Below the pieces are notes generated by a model that searched no databases, was not told the DNA's origin, and saw only the letters and a list, made by a program, of their open reading frames with translations. Position numbers and translations under genes: made by a program. Of a stretch of 64,000 nt of DNA, positions 16,585 to 26,786 are shown piece by piece. Each line of letters starts with the position of its first letter. Position 1 is the first letter of the stretch. Source of the stretch: Lysobacter sp. (lineage in GTDB: Bacteria; Pseudomonadota; Gammaproteobacteria; Xanthomonadales; Xanthomonadaceae); contig JBOHYC010000155.1 of assembly GCA_050737755.1 (NCBI GenBank), positions 1,401 to 65,400 on the forward strand, read 5' to 3'.

Positions 16585-18542
16585 TACGCGGGCGCTCCGA
16601 AATGGTCGAAGTACGCCACCTCGCCGGTGTCGCTCTCGAGCTTGAGGACATACAAACCGGGCGGCCCGCCACCGGTCAGCACCCACGTACCGGCGTCGTT
16701 GTCCAGCGGAATGGAGTAGCCCTCCACCCACACACCGACGCCGGTGTATGCTCCACCGCAATCGGGGATACCGTCATCGGCGACGGGCGCGTCCGCCACG
16801 AGTGTCAACGTGGTGGCGTCGGCGAAAGTGCCCGGGTTGCACAGCATTTCGAGCCGGTCGCCGTTGAACCAGCCGGAGGTGATGAATTCCCCGCCGCCGC
16901 CCTCCGTGCCTTCCGGAACCGTGTCCCCTGATGCGAACACCGCAGTGCTGGCTAGAACCGCGCCAGCGCTGGGCGTCCGCGAGGTGTAGACCTTCTCTGC
17001 GTTGACCCAGTAGCTGACCGTGCCGCCGGTGCGCCGGATCTCGAATGCCGTCTCCGCCGGCGTGTACGTTGCATCGGCAGTCAACGTCTTGCCGCGCTCC
17101 ATGACGTTGAACAGTGGCGCTCCACCCACGGTCTGGTGAAAGTAGAGGGCGTGCGGCAGACGCTCGTAGTCGGTCACATCGCCGCGCGCGCCAACCAGCC
17201 CGATCACGACGCCGACCACCTTCTGCATGTCGAACTGCAGCGACAAGTCCCCGTCCAGCTCCAGCACGCTGTTGGCGCCGGCGTCCCACGCCCGGGTCAC
17301 GACCTCGTCGAAGCGCGCGGGTACGGCCGGTAGAAACGACACGGCTGGGAACGACAGGCAGTTGGTTTCCACGTCTTGGTACGGCGGCGGCTCCACCGGT
17401 GTGGATTCGACCGGCGCGCCCTCCTCGGCCTCGCCAGTGTCGCCGCCCACACCGCCGGCCCCGTACACCTTCACCGACGCCACGCCGCGGAACGGTGGAT
17501 TGAACAGGCCCCGCACCGTGTCGTTTCCGCACTCGATGACCAAGTCGACCGTGCCGGCCTGCTCGCCACGCATGTAGAACCGGTACCCACCGGTTGCATC
17601 GGTCTTGCAGATTGCGGATGGGCCGAAGGCCAGGCCGTCGGCGGATACCGACAGGAATCGGCCGTCGCAACTCGCAACCACTGTCAGGTTGACGAGTGGG
17701 TCGTCGGCCGCGTCCGGATACCAGGCGCGGCCTTCCACCAGAGTGTTTGCCACCATGGCGACGCCGACTGCCTCGGGGGCCGACGCCGACCAGCTCGGGC
17801 GCGCGCTGACCAGCACGTTGAACGCCGGCAGCCGCAGCTTGTGCGCCGTGCGAATGTCGCGTGCCCCGTAGTTGTCCAGGACCGTGCCCGGCGCAACCTC
17901 CAGCGTGTAGCCGCCCCACACTGCGTTGTTGTCGGTGATATCGGCGAACGCGGCATCCATGTACCCGATCGGGATCGTGGTGTCTGTGTGGCGCGCGTCC
18001 TGTCGCAGCGACCGCTCCGGGTAGTACTCGCCCCCCGCCGCATAGGCGTCGCTGGAGTATCGGATCCAGCCGTCGTCGGCGCCAGGGCCGAACTCGGCCT
18101 CGCGGGTGTCCCACTCCCAGTAGCGTTGCTGAGATGGGACGGCGCCACTCGGCGGGTCCAGCGTGTAGGTGCGGCTGACGCCACCGAAGGCGAGCCCCTC
18201 GGGCGGATACAGGTCCGTGGCCAGCGGCAGATACCCAGAACGCACACCGTTGAGCACGATGCCCATGAACGTAATGCCGCCGACGCCAGCGACCGCGCCG
18301 GCGCTCTGCACATACTCGGCCCGGCACGCCAGGTCCGTGGTCACGCGGTAGCCGCGGATCACCTTGCCGACCAGTTCGGCCATCCGTGACGGGCGGCCGA
18401 CGCGGTACACCAGCGTGCCTTCAAAGTCGGTGTCCGCGTAGCCCGTCAGCGGCTGGAACGCTTCGAAGTCGTAGCTGTCCCCACGACGAATGTTGTAATG
18501 CGGCGCGAGCGAGCTGCCGCCCAAGCTGACCCACGTCGCCAT
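16584..18542 (-). CDS. Putative tail/receptor-binding protein (652 aa)
   Basis: Start MATWVSLGG coupled to the upstream TGA; beta-rich modular sequence. Confidence 0.7.
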   Translation of the reverse strand: MATWVSLGGSSLAPHYNIRRGDSYDFEAFQPLTGYADTDFEGTLVYRVGRPSRMAELVGKVIRGYRVTTDLACRAEYVQSAGAVAGVGGITFMGIVLNGVRSGYLPLATDLYPPEGLAFGGVSRTYTLDPPSGAVPSQQRYWEWDTREAEFGPGADDGWIRYSSDAYAAGGEYYPERSLRQDARHTDTTIPIGYMDAAFADITDNNAVWGGYTLEVAPGTVLDNYGARDIRTAHKLRLPAFNVLVSARPSWSASAPEAVGVAMVANTLVEGRAWYPDAADDPLVNLTVVASCDGRFLSVSADGLAFGPSAICKTDATGGYRFYMRGEQAGTVDLVIECGNDTVRGLFNPPFRGVASVKVYGAGGVGGDTGEAEEGAPVESTPVEPPPYQDVETNCLSFPAVSFLPAVPARFDEVVTRAWDAGANSVLELDGDLSLQFDMQKVVGVVIGLVGARGDVTDYERLPHALYFHQTVGGAPLFNVMERGKTLTADATYTPAETAFEIRRTGGTVSYWVNAEKVYTSRTPSAGAVLASTAVFASGDTVPEGTEGGGGEFITSGWFNGDRLEMLCNPGTFADATTLTLVADAPVADDGIPDCGGAYTGVGVWVEGYSIPLDNDAGTWVLTGGGPPGLYVLKLESDTGEVAYFDHFGAPA

Positions 18543-18808
18543 CAGTATTGCTCCGTGTAGCAGACCTGCTGACAGAAGTAGATCGGTTGGCCTTTGGTGT
18601 TGGTGCCCATGCCGATCGACCCGCTCTCGTAACCAACCAGCGTGCACTGCTGCTCGCAACGGGTGCGCGTACCGCCACCACCGCCGCCTCCACCGCCACC
18701 GCCACCGGGCGGACCGGGGCGCGTGCCGCTGCACTGCTCGTAGGCGTCGCGGGCTTCACGCCCGCTGACACCCGGCACGTACTCGCGGATGACCGGCTTG
18801 GTAAGCAT
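18542..18808 (-). CDS. Small poly-Gly, Cys-containing virion protein (88 aa)
   Basis: Coupled at both ends; Gly12 run; 5 Cys. Confidence 0.65.
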   Translation of the reverse strand: MLTKPVIREYVPGVSGREARDAYEQCSGTRPGPPGGGGGGGGGGGGTRTRCEQQCTLVGYESGSIGMGTNTKGQPIYFCQQVCYTEQY

Positions 18809-19293
18809 CAGGCGAGGGCGCTGAGCCGCACGTTGAACACGCTCAGGCCAGCGGTATTGACGCCGTTGTCGGTGAAGGTGTCAGCGCCCAGCTTGACGTC
18901 AGCCGACGACGCCGGGCCGCCTGCCGTGCCTTGGATCCGCGGCCCGCTACCCAACCCAGTACCGGCGTCGCCGCTGGCACAGAAGCGCCAGAACGTGGGC
19001 GCCAGGGAATCCTCCGTCTCCTCCGTGCCCGAAAAGGCAATCGTCCCTTCCCACGATTCGGCCGCGGCTTTGGCGACCACCGCCTCGACCGCTGCGTCGA
19101 AGGTCAGGCCCGTTGTGCCGTCGTTATCGACCGTAAGCACGGCGAGGATGGTGTGGTCGGCGACCAGGTCCAGGGCCTCCCCGGCGTCGGCCGGCACGGA
19201 GCCCGAGAAGATGGTCAGGGTGCCGCCGTCCAGTGCGGTTTTCACCGCGCCCAGCATCAGTTCGGCCAGTTCGTTTGAGGCTTTGTAGCTCAT
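18808..19293 (-). CDS. Tail structural protein, paralog A (161 aa)
   Basis: MSYKASNELAELML..GGTLTIFSGSVPADA; resembles the upstream neighbour. Confidence 0.75.
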   Translation of the reverse strand: MSYKASNELAELMLGAVKTALDGGTLTIFSGSVPADAGEALDLVADHTILAVLTVDNDGTTGLTFDAAVEAVVAKAAAESWEGTIAFSGTEETEDSLAPTFWRFCASGDAGTGLGSGPRIQGTAGGPASSADVKLGADTFTDNGVNTAGLSVFNVRLSALA

Positions 19294-19295
19294 GG

Positions 19296-19772
19296 TCAGT
19301 CTCCGATGGGTGGCATGGCGTACCACCAGTAGTTGAGGGTGATGACGGTTTCGGGGGTGATTGCGGTATCGGGTAGGTAGATCTGTGCATCGACGGGCTC
19401 GCCGATCACGCCCACAGCGCCGTCGATGCGAGGCGCCGTCAGCGATGCGACGCCGGGGTCTGCGGCATTGGGTAGCAGTCGGAACCACCCGGCCACGCCC
19501 ATTGCCAACCCAGTCAGCTTCCATTCCTGCGCGGCGTCCTTGGCGACATACCGGCCATCGCGGATGAAGCGCAGGCCGCCGGCCGATGCGCCAGCAGTCC
19601 ACGCCGCGCCGTCGCGGGTGATTCGCGCCAGCAGCGTTCCGGTCGGTGCAACATCGGCCGATGCCGGCTGCATGCCGCTGTAGACCTCGATGACGCCGTC
19701 TTGGAACAGCGCGTCGAAGCTCGTAGGCCCGAGGATCGCGGCGCAGTACCCGGTGGAAGTGATGACAGCCAT
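19296..19772 (-). CDS. Tail structural protein, paralog B (158 aa)
   Basis: AGGAG RBS before ATG 19772; MAVITSTG..DGVIEVYSGMQPASAD. Confidence 0.75.
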   Translation of the reverse strand: MAVITSTGYCAAILGPTSFDALFQDGVIEVYSGMQPASADVAPTGTLLARITRDGAAWTAGASAGGLRFIRDGRYVAKDAAQEWKLTGLAMGVAGWFRLLPNAADPGVASLTAPRIDGAVGVIGEPVDAQIYLPDTAITPETVITLNYWWYAMPPIGD

Positions 19773-19780
19773 GCGCGCTC

Positions 19781-21760
19781 CTATGCGGCCTGCAGTTGGG
19801 GGACGGTGCCGAGCAGCCACACCGGGTGGAATCGGTACTCCCCGCCGCCGAGCATCGGGAAGCCCTCGCGGGGCGGCGCCGCAAACAGCGCGACGTGCTC
19901 GTCCTCGACGTAGCCGCCCAGGTTCACCCGCCAGCCCGAGAACACCACGGTGTCCTCATGGGTCGCGCAGCCCAGCACGCTGTAGTGCTCGTGCACGTCC
20001 TGCTGGACATAGTTGAACTGGGCCTGGGTCGCGGCCACGGTCGAGAACTCCACGTACGGATTGGTGCCCGCGTCGCGCGCCTCCACCAGCGAGCCGAAGT
20101 ACTCGGTGTCCGGGTACGCGAGATTCAGATACAGGCCGTGCGCGCCCTGCCAGTACTGGCGGAATGACACGTTCGGCGACCAGTCCAGGATCTCGTACAG
20201 CACGTGCGCTGGCGCCATGGTCGCCGCGCGCATGGGGTTGTTCTCGTCATCCAGCAAAGGGCTTGACGCCGCGTCGAGGCGCGGCAGCCCGGTCCACTCC
20301 GCGTCGTACTCGGTGCGCATTACCAGTTCGTGGGTATGCACCAGCGCGCCGTCGCGGTGCACTTCGATCTGGTGGTAGAGCGTCGGACTGGTCGCATTGA
20401 GCCGCATCCAGCGCCGGGTGTTGTGCACCACCAGCGTTCCCGCGCGCAGGTCCGCCCAGATCAGGTGGCGGCGGTCGAACGTGGATCCCGGCCGCCCATT
20501 GATATCGCGCGGGTCGTAGACGTCGCGCAGCCGGATCTCGGTGTCGCCCAGCACCAGCGCACGGGCGTCATAGCCCGCTTCGCTGATGTAGCGCGTGGCC
20601 AGAAGGTCGACGCGGGTGTCGCCGCGGTAGTCGGCCGCGATCGCCGCACTCCCCGCCGGCGGCAGGGCCAACGCCGCGGTGCCCAGCGTCGCCGTGTCAC
20701 CGTCCAGCACCAGTGTGGCGACCAGCGAGGATGCCGATGGCGCCGGTTCCAGCAGGCCGTAGCCGTCCAGATCCCGGCGGGCGAACACGTTGTCGGGCAG
20801 CGCGAAGCTGACGGCCTCGCTCACGGAAGCATTGAAGAACCACGGGTTGAGGGCATTGCGCACGCTGGTGGTCGCCAGCACTTCCCGGCTGCCGGCCAGC
20901 ACCCGCACAAACGGAGCTTCCGCCGTCGGCGCCAGCGCGTAGCGGCACACCTCGAGCACCGTGTCCTCGACTGGCCACGGCATGCTCATGTGGTGGTCAC
21001 CCTCCGGCGCCGTGCCGGTGGGCCAGACGGGTTCCGGTAGCACCGCATGGACCACCACCAGCTCCGTCGTGCCGCGCAGGGCCGCGCCCATCACCCAGCG
21101 CGCGTCGAACGCGGGGTCCGGGTCCGAGTCGGTGATGTACTGCTCGACGTCCAGCAGCACCTGGCCAAGCATGAACACGTGCTTGCCGTACTGAGTCCGC
21201 GGCTTCACGTAGGGGTCGAAAAAGTACCGGGTGCTCGGGCCGTACCAGCTCACCCGGCGGCCGTCGTCGCTGCACCAGTCGACGTTGCCGGCGTGGTTGA
21301 CCCCATCAGGGAACACCACCACGCCGTTATTGCTCTTGTAGGTGCCCTTCTTGCCTGGGAACCCGACATAGCCGGGCGTGTCGGCGGTGTGGAACAGCGT
21401 GCGCCACGCGCCATCGTCGACGCGCTCCATCGTCTCCGGAGCGTCGGGGTCGATGCCATCCGGCGCAGTGGCCGACCGCATGCGGATGACGAAGTTCTCC
21501 CGCACCCGCGCAACGCGCTCCCCGCCGCCCGGCGGCGGCGGGACGATGGTCATGCGCGGGATGCCACCACGGATCTCCGCGGTGATGACCGCGCCGCTCT
21601 CGTAGCGGCGGGTCATCTGGTGCGTCTGCAGGCCGTTGTAGGCCGCATCGGCCGTGACCATACCCATCAGCTTGCGCGCCTCCGACACGTACGGCGCAGC
21701 CGCGTTGCGGTCGTTACCCGCAACGTGGATGTGCGCCCACTGGTCGTGGCGCTGTGCCAT
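19781..21760 (-). CDS. Putative tail protein (659 aa)
   Basis: Long coupled ORF in the tail module. Confidence 0.75.
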   Translation of the reverse strand: MAQRHDQWAHIHVAGNDRNAAAPYVSEARKLMGMVTADAAYNGLQTHQMTRRYESGAVITAEIRGGIPRMTIVPPPPGGGERVARVRENFVIRMRSATAPDGIDPDAPETMERVDDGAWRTLFHTADTPGYVGFPGKKGTYKSNNGVVVFPDGVNHAGNVDWCSDDGRRVSWYGPSTRYFFDPYVKPRTQYGKHVFMLGQVLLDVEQYITDSDPDPAFDARWVMGAALRGTTELVVVHAVLPEPVWPTGTAPEGDHHMSMPWPVEDTVLEVCRYALAPTAEAPFVRVLAGSREVLATTSVRNALNPWFFNASVSEAVSFALPDNVFARRDLDGYGLLEPAPSASSLVATLVLDGDTATLGTAALALPPAGSAAIAADYRGDTRVDLLATRYISEAGYDARALVLGDTEIRLRDVYDPRDINGRPGSTFDRRHLIWADLRAGTLVVHNTRRWMRLNATSPTLYHQIEVHRDGALVHTHELVMRTEYDAEWTGLPRLDAASSPLLDDENNPMRAATMAPAHVLYEILDWSPNVSFRQYWQGAHGLYLNLAYPDTEYFGSLVEARDAGTNPYVEFSTVAATQAQFNYVQQDVHEHYSVLGCATHEDTVVFSGWRVNLGGYVEDEHVALFAAPPREGFPMLGGGEYRFHPVWLLGTVPQLQAA

Positions 21761-22389
21761 CAGGCGTCGGCCTCGTCCTTGGCGCCGATCACGTACTCGA
21801 GCGCAAGGCGATCGCCCTCCACCATGTTGGTACGCGCGGCGGCGAACCGGGTGGCCGCAATCAATTTGCCCGTGGTCGCGCCCTTGGCCGAAGCCGACAG
21901 CAGGCCCAGTCCGTATACCGTGTGCGGTCCGCCGGCACTGAAGGTCAGGGTCGAGTCGGTGAGCCCTGCGGTATTGCCCAGCGACGCCGTACCGGCAGCG
22001 GCGGCCGTGGTCCAGGGCAACCGCGTACCGGCGCTGTAGGCGCTGAACTCGGTCGCTGACGCGGCAAACGTGGCACCGGTCCAGTCTGCGGCCGGCGTGA
22101 CGTTGCCCGCGAAGGGCGCGAGGTAGAACTGGGTGAGCTGTGCCTGTCCGCCCAGCGCGGAATTCAGGATCTGGATCAGCCCCTCGGTCACCACCCGATT
22201 GTGGTCATGGACCATCGGTCCAAACTGGTGGATGCCTGCCGGGGCGAAGGCGTTGCCGAAGATGCCGCCGATGGTCATGCGCGAACGCTGCAGGTGTACC
22301 CGCCCGTCGTCGCCGAGCTCGTACTGGTGGTTACGGATGGCGCGGGCAGCTTCCGCAGCAAACCGGCCGAGGCTGTTGATGATCTTCAT
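21760..22389 (-). CDS. Phage structural protein (209 aa)
   Basis: CAGGAG RBS before ATG 22389; coupled to the next gene. Confidence 0.75.
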   Translation of the reverse strand: MKIINSLGRFAAEAARAIRNHQYELGDDGRVHLQRSRMTIGGIFGNAFAPAGIHQFGPMVHDHNRVVTEGLIQILNSALGGQAQLTQFYLAPFAGNVTPAADWTGATFAASATEFSAYSAGTRLPWTTAAAAGTASLGNTAGLTDSTLTFSAGGPHTVYGLGLLSASAKGATTGKLIAATRFAAARTNMVEGDRLALEYVIGAKDEADA

Positions 22390-22586
22390 GGAGTACTCCT
22401 GGTGGGTTTGGGTTGCTGGTTCCACTTGCCCGCGGGACACTTCGACCCCGCGATTCGGGTCTTGCCCGCCAGCGCGCAACCACACAGCGCGCACTTAAGC
22501 GCGTTGGTCCGGGCTATTCGGGCGAGGTTCGGACACGCCTTGCAGATCGCCAGGCGGCGTTCGCGTTCGGTGCTGGTGGTGATCAC
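22386..22586 (-). CDS. Small Cys-rich, zinc-binding-like protein (DUF6171-like, 66 aa)
   Basis: CxxC..CxxCGC..K......CPxxKW pattern; GTGA coupling. Confidence 0.6.
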   Translation of the reverse strand: MITTSTERERRLAICKACPNLARIARTNALKCALCGCALAGKTRIAGSKCPAGKWNQQPKPTRSTP

Positions 22587-23884
22587 GGTTGCGCGTAGAT
22601 CACGTGGGCGATGGCGGTATCCGTCACCGCCAAGGACTGGCGCTGCGGCGCGCGCAGGCCCATCACAAGCTGCTGCATGCCGCCTTCAGCACGGAAGAGC
22701 GGCGCGGCGCGGTCGGCGTTATCGATCGCGGCCTCGCCCAGCTTCATCGGCTGCACGCTGCCGGCGGCACCGACGACGATTTGCCCGTCGCGCGCCAGCC
22801 ACACGGCCTTTGGCGACGTGTCGGCGCCGCCGAACGCGGTACCGGGCACCGACAGATGCGACCCGGGCACCCCGCCCGCCGCGTAGGCGATATCGAGCGC
22901 CCAGTTATCCGGGTCGGCCCCGCCCAGCCAGTAGGTGCGGTTGCCGGCGGCGACCATGACCCCGGCCCGGTCGATCGGCGCGACCACGTCGATGGGTCCG
23001 GCAAAGCGCATGCGGCCGCGTGCGGGGTCGAACATGCCGTAGCGCAGCGGCTCCGACCACAGCAGCTCATTGCCACGGGCGACGAGCTGGCGGCCGTTGA
23101 ACAGGCGCGTGATCTGCCCGGCAGGCATCGGCTGCAGGAACTGGGTGTCCAGAACCTTGCCGGTGGCCTTCGAGCCGATGTTGAGGTCAGTGATGCCCGC
23201 AGCCGGCAGCGACGTGTGTCGGCGCAACACCTGGTCGTTGGCATCGGTCAGGTAGACGTTGATCAGCGCCGTCGCGGCGTCGAGCGGCTGCGGAATGTTG
23301 ACCGCGCGGATGCCGTGCCCCGCCGGCACCTCGATCACCGCGGCCAGCGTGCTCCCGGACTCACGACCGAGGTCATCGACGAACGTGATCGCCAGTTGGT
23401 ACTGGCCGGGGTCCAGCCCGAGCCCGGACACCAGCTCCAGACCAGGCTGGCCCGCCGGGTGCTCGGCCGACCAGGCGCGCGACTCCATCGCCGGCGTCAG
23501 CAGCCCGCTGGCGATGGTGTTGCAGTAGTAGACGAACTGGCCGATCAGCTCGTAGCTCAGCGGCAGGTGACCAACAGCCGTGCCGAGCGACTGCACCGAC
23601 TCGTCGGGACCAAAGCTGTGGAGCGTGCCGTCGTCGACGTAGAGCCCAAACGGCAGCAGGTCGTGGCCCCAGAGCGAATGCACCAGCGTTCCGGCGACCA
23701 CGGCCTGGTGACCACGGCGGCGCTTCGGGACGCCGGCCGCGTCCAGGTCGATGTTGTCGGCTTCGCGGAGGGCGACGGGCGCGATGCCCTTGTCATCGCG
23801 CGGCAAGCGCTGCTCATCCGCCAGGTTGTTGACGCCGCGAGGCCATGGGCCCATCCGCGTCAGCTGTCGGTCCTTGATAGCCAT
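22583..23884 (-). CDS. Putative tail tubular/nozzle protein (433 aa)
   Basis: Follows the adaptor gene; beta-propeller-like composition. Confidence 0.6.
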   Translation of the reverse strand: MAIKDRQLTRMGPWPRGVNNLADEQRLPRDDKGIAPVALREADNIDLDAAGVPKRRRGHQAVVAGTLVHSLWGHDLLPFGLYVDDGTLHSFGPDESVQSLGTAVGHLPLSYELIGQFVYYCNTIASGLLTPAMESRAWSAEHPAGQPGLELVSGLGLDPGQYQLAITFVDDLGRESGSTLAAVIEVPAGHGIRAVNIPQPLDAATALINVYLTDANDQVLRRHTSLPAAGITDLNIGSKATGKVLDTQFLQPMPAGQITRLFNGRQLVARGNELLWSEPLRYGMFDPARGRMRFAGPIDVVAPIDRAGVMVAAGNRTYWLGGADPDNWALDIAYAAGGVPGSHLSVPGTAFGGADTSPKAVWLARDGQIVVGAAGSVQPMKLGEAAIDNADRAAPLFRAEGGMQQLVMGLRAPQRQSLAVTDTAIAHVIYAQP

Positions 23885-24567
23885 CAGAACCAGACCGCCT
23901 CGGTACCGACCACCCGATCGATGGCCAACTGCTGCAGCTGCCGTGCAGTCGGCCGCGGTCCGAAGTGCGCCTCGAACAGTGCGAGCTGGTCAGCCGCGTC
24001 GGCCTTGGCCTCCTGTTCGGCGTCGCGCTTGGTCAGCGCGCGGAACGCCGCCCAGTGGATCAGCTTGCCGTGGTGCTGCTCCTCGAACGGCGGCTCGACT
24101 GCGCCATCGCCTTCGGTGAACTCTTCGTCCGGCGTAGGCCAGCGCAAAATCGTGAGGTAGAGCGTCTCGGCTGCGGTCGGGATCGGCGACACGATCAACG
24201 TCTTGCCGGCGCCCTGCTGGTTCACGACCAGGTACTCCGGCCGGCCGGGCTGCGTCCGCCACGTGCTGCAGATACTGTCCAGCCCCGCGGCCGTGGTCCG
24301 GCACAACGGGGTGGACAGGTCCGACTGCAGCGCCGCGCGGCGGATCAAAATCAACGCGGGGTCGAGCGTGTACTGCGCCTGGCCTGGCACCATCGTGATG
24401 TGGCACAGGTCCGCGCGCTCGCTCTCCACCAGTAGGCGAGCGCGAACCGCCGCCTCGCGCGCCGCCTCCCGGAGATGTCGCAGCAACGTCGAGTCGAGCC
24501 ACAGGTACGGCTCGATCTCGTCGTCGATCTCCTCGCGGAGCGCTTCCAGCAGCTCGGCCTGGTCCAT
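23884..24567 (-). CDS. Putative head-tail adaptor protein (227 aa)
   Basis: Position after capsid/cement genes; YLW.D..L...L.EA.REAA.R and LIHWAAFRAL.K.DAE motifs typical of podophage adaptors. Confidence 0.65.
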   Translation of the reverse strand: MDQAELLEALREEIDDEIEPYLWLDSTLLRHLREAAREAAVRARLLVESERADLCHITMVPGQAQYTLDPALILIRRAALQSDLSTPLCRTTAAGLDSICSTWRTQPGRPEYLVVNQQGAGKTLIVSPIPTAAETLYLTILRWPTPDEEFTEGDGAVEPPFEEQHHGKLIHWAAFRALTKRDAEQEAKADAADQLALFEAHFGPRPTARQLQQLAIDRVVGTEAVWF

Positions 24568-25070
24568 CAGCCGGCCTCGATCGCCTGCTTGAGGATCTTG
24601 ATCGTGGTGGCGCGCTGGTCTTCCTCCGGCTTGGCCTCCTCGATACGCAGGGCTTCATGGAGCACCAGCGCAGGGATGCCGCCCTTGCCGATCTCGGCTT
24701 TCAGCTTCTGCCAGCTGAGACCGTTGATGTTCTCTGCGGCTTCGCGCTGGTCATCGTCGAGCGGCGCGATCGCAACCGCGTCGGTCGGCGGAACAGGCGG
24801 TGGCGGAGTCGAGTCGTCGCCCGCAGGCGTGGTTTCCGACGACGGTACCTGCGCAACAGGGCGCGGCGCGGGCGTCGCCGGCGCCGGATCGTCGTCCGGC
24901 AGGTAGTAGCCTTCCGGGATGCCCAGCAGGCGCCCCACGTGGGCCTTGTTGGCCACCTCGCAGACGTGCTCCGACTCGGGGTTGCTCGGGTCGCGCGGCA
25001 GGAAGTGGTAGGTCTCCCCATCGATCGTGATGGGGGCCTTGGGTCGCTTGAAGCGGGTCGCGATCAACAT
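24567..25070 (-). CDS. Hypothetical virion-associated protein (167 aa)
   Basis: Coupled ORF; two small domains joined by a Pro-rich linker. Confidence 0.7.
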   Translation of the reverse strand: MLIATRFKRPKAPITIDGETYHFLPRDPSNPESEHVCEVANKAHVGRLLGIPEGYYLPDDDPAPATPAPRPVAQVPSSETTPAGDDSTPPPPVPPTDAVAIAPLDDDQREAAENINGLSWQKLKAEIGKGGIPALVLHEALRIEEAKPEEDQRATTIKILKQAIEAG

Positions 25071-25087
25071 TTCTGTGTCTCCGGGAC

Positions 25088-25120
25088 AAAAGAAAAGGGC
25101 CGTCCGGGGACGGCCCTTTC
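25088..25120 (-). terminator. Rho-independent terminator after the capsid/cement genes
   Basis: Minus strand AAAGGGCCGTCC/GGACGGCCCTTT stem followed by TTCTTTT. Confidence 0.75.
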
Positions 25121-25144
25121 ATCGGGGTTGCACGCCGGTACCGG

Positions 25145-25561
25145 TCAGCTGACCGGGTACGACGCGATCGACGCGATCACCTTGCCGCCGGCCGCCGCCA
25201 CCGCGGTGCCCAGCTTCAGGTAGATGCTGCGATTCACCGGAGACACGCCCAGGGTGCGGGCCAGCTCGTAGGTGCTGCAGGCCACGCGGGTGAACGCCGA
25301 CCCCAACGTCGCGCTGTCGTTGAAGACCGTGTTGGCATCGGCCTCGACGCACACGTCCAGGGTCATCGCGGCGGCATCGCCGTCGAAGATCAGGCAGCTC
25401 GCTTCCGGCAGCAGTTGGTGATACGCCGGCAGCTCGCCGACCAGGACGGTGTCGCCGCTCGCGGCGACTTCGACGTCCCACTCGTGGTTGTTGACGACAA
25501 CCAGGCCGGCCGCCGGAGACGACGCCACCTTGTTGCGGTTGTTTGCAAGTTTCTCGGCCAT
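25145..25561 (-). CDS. Putative capsid cement/decoration protein (138 aa)
   Basis: Directly downstream of the capsid gene; GGGAG RBS. Confidence 0.65.
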   Translation of the reverse strand: MAEKLANNRNKVASSPAAGLVVVNNHEWDVEVAASGDTVLVGELPAYHQLLPEASCLIFDGDAAAMTLDVCVEADANTVFNDSATLGSAFTRVACSTYELARTLGVSPVNRSIYLKLGTAVAAAGGKVIASIASYPVS

Positions 25562-25597
25562 GAGGGTTCTCCCGTGTATGGCTGTGGATGGGTACTA

Positions 25598-25621
25598 CAC
25601 CGGCGGCCGAAGCCGCCGGTG
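25598..25621 (-). promoter_or_regulatory. Stable UUCG-capped hairpin after the capsid gene
   Basis: CACCGGCGGC-TTCG-GCCGCCGGTG, no U-tract. Confidence 0.6.
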
Positions 25622-25650
25622 CCAGTTCAGTGGTGGAAGGGAGAGCCCGA

Positions 25651-26763
25651 TCAGGTGACCGGGTTCGGGTCCGCAGCAGCGGTGTCCAGGGCGATGGAGC
25701 CGAAGTCCTTGCCGTTGAAGCGGGTCTTCTTGATGCCGAAGATCGCGCCGGCGCAGATCTCGATGTCGTTGCCGTGGTCCAGCGGCACCTCGGACCAGTC
25801 GAAGCGCAAGCCATCGCCCGGCGAGCCGAACGCCAGCACCATCGCCTGCCGGCCCAGGAACAGGGCACGCGCGGCCTCGACGTCGCCACCGGCGCCGAAG
25901 TCGTTGAAGCGCACCACGCTCTTGTGCTTGTGCAGGATGGTCCCGCCGATCATGCCCAGCGCATCCTTGAAGATCGGGTTGCTGGCACCTTCTGCCGCTG
26001 CAGCCGCCTTCTGGATATCCAACCAGTTGCCCTGGTCGGTCGACACCTTCAGGTCATGCGCCTGGAAGCTGTGCATGACCACGACGAAGTGCTCGCCGCC
26101 GGCGATGGTGATCGGCTGGATCTCCGCCACGCCGGTGCTGCCGCCACCCTGCGAGCCGGCCTTGGTGTTGGCGCGCTCGATGAGCGTACGGCTCATCTTG
26201 CCCGCGCTGGTCAGGGTGGCCTTGCTGGTGCCGTCACCGAACAGCAGGTGCGAGGAGTCCGGCGCCTCGAACGCGTTGCTGGCACGGCCGGTGTAGCTCA
26301 GCGGCACGTTGTAGTCCGGGTTGATGCCGCGGGCGCCCGAGCCGTACATGAAGAACAGCTCGTCGTAGAACCGCGCCCAGAACTCGGTCAGGCGTGCCTT
26401 GCCGACCTTGCGCAGGTCGTGGACGGTCCGCTTGCGGCTCATACGGCCGCCGCAGCTGACAGGCTTGCGGGCCTGGTCGATGAACACCTTGTCGGTGAAG
26501 AAGTCGAGCTTCTCGCCCAGGCCCTCGGCCTTGGCGTCGCCCTCGATCACTCCACCCGACAGCTGCACCGAGAGGTCGTAGCTGATGGTGTCACCGGCCT
26601 CGCGCTCGAGGTCGGTCTTCAGCATGACGGGACACGGGGTCTCTTCGCCCTTGCCCATCATCTTGCGGGTCCAGTAGGAATGCTTGGAGACCGACACCAT
26701 CAGGTCGGCGGACCAGAGCTTGCGCGCTTTGGGGTCGTTCAGACCCACGATCGTCTGTGCCAT
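25651..26763 (-). CDS. Major capsid protein, N4-gp56 / DUF4043 family (370 aa)
   Basis: AGDTISYDLSVQL..EG..L.F.TD.V.IDQ.R..V..GGRMSRKRT motifs; AAGGAGA RBS. Confidence 0.9.
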   Translation of the reverse strand: MAQTIVGLNDPKARKLWSADLMVSVSKHSYWTRKMMGKGEETPCPVMLKTDLEREAGDTISYDLSVQLSGGVIEGDAKAEGLGEKLDFFTDKVFIDQARKPVSCGGRMSRKRTVHDLRKVGKARLTEFWARFYDELFFMYGSGARGINPDYNVPLSYTGRASNAFEAPDSSHLLFGDGTSKATLTSAGKMSRTLIERANTKAGSQGGGSTGVAEIQPITIAGGEHFVVVMHSFQAHDLKVSTDQGNWLDIQKAAAAAEGASNPIFKDALGMIGGTILHKHKSVVRFNDFGAGGDVEAARALFLGRQAMVLAFGSPGDGLRFDWSEVPLDHGNDIEICAGAIFGIKKTRFNGKDFGSIALDTAAADPNPVT

Positions 26764-26786
26764 CTTGCTTCTCCTTGGAGAGGGAC

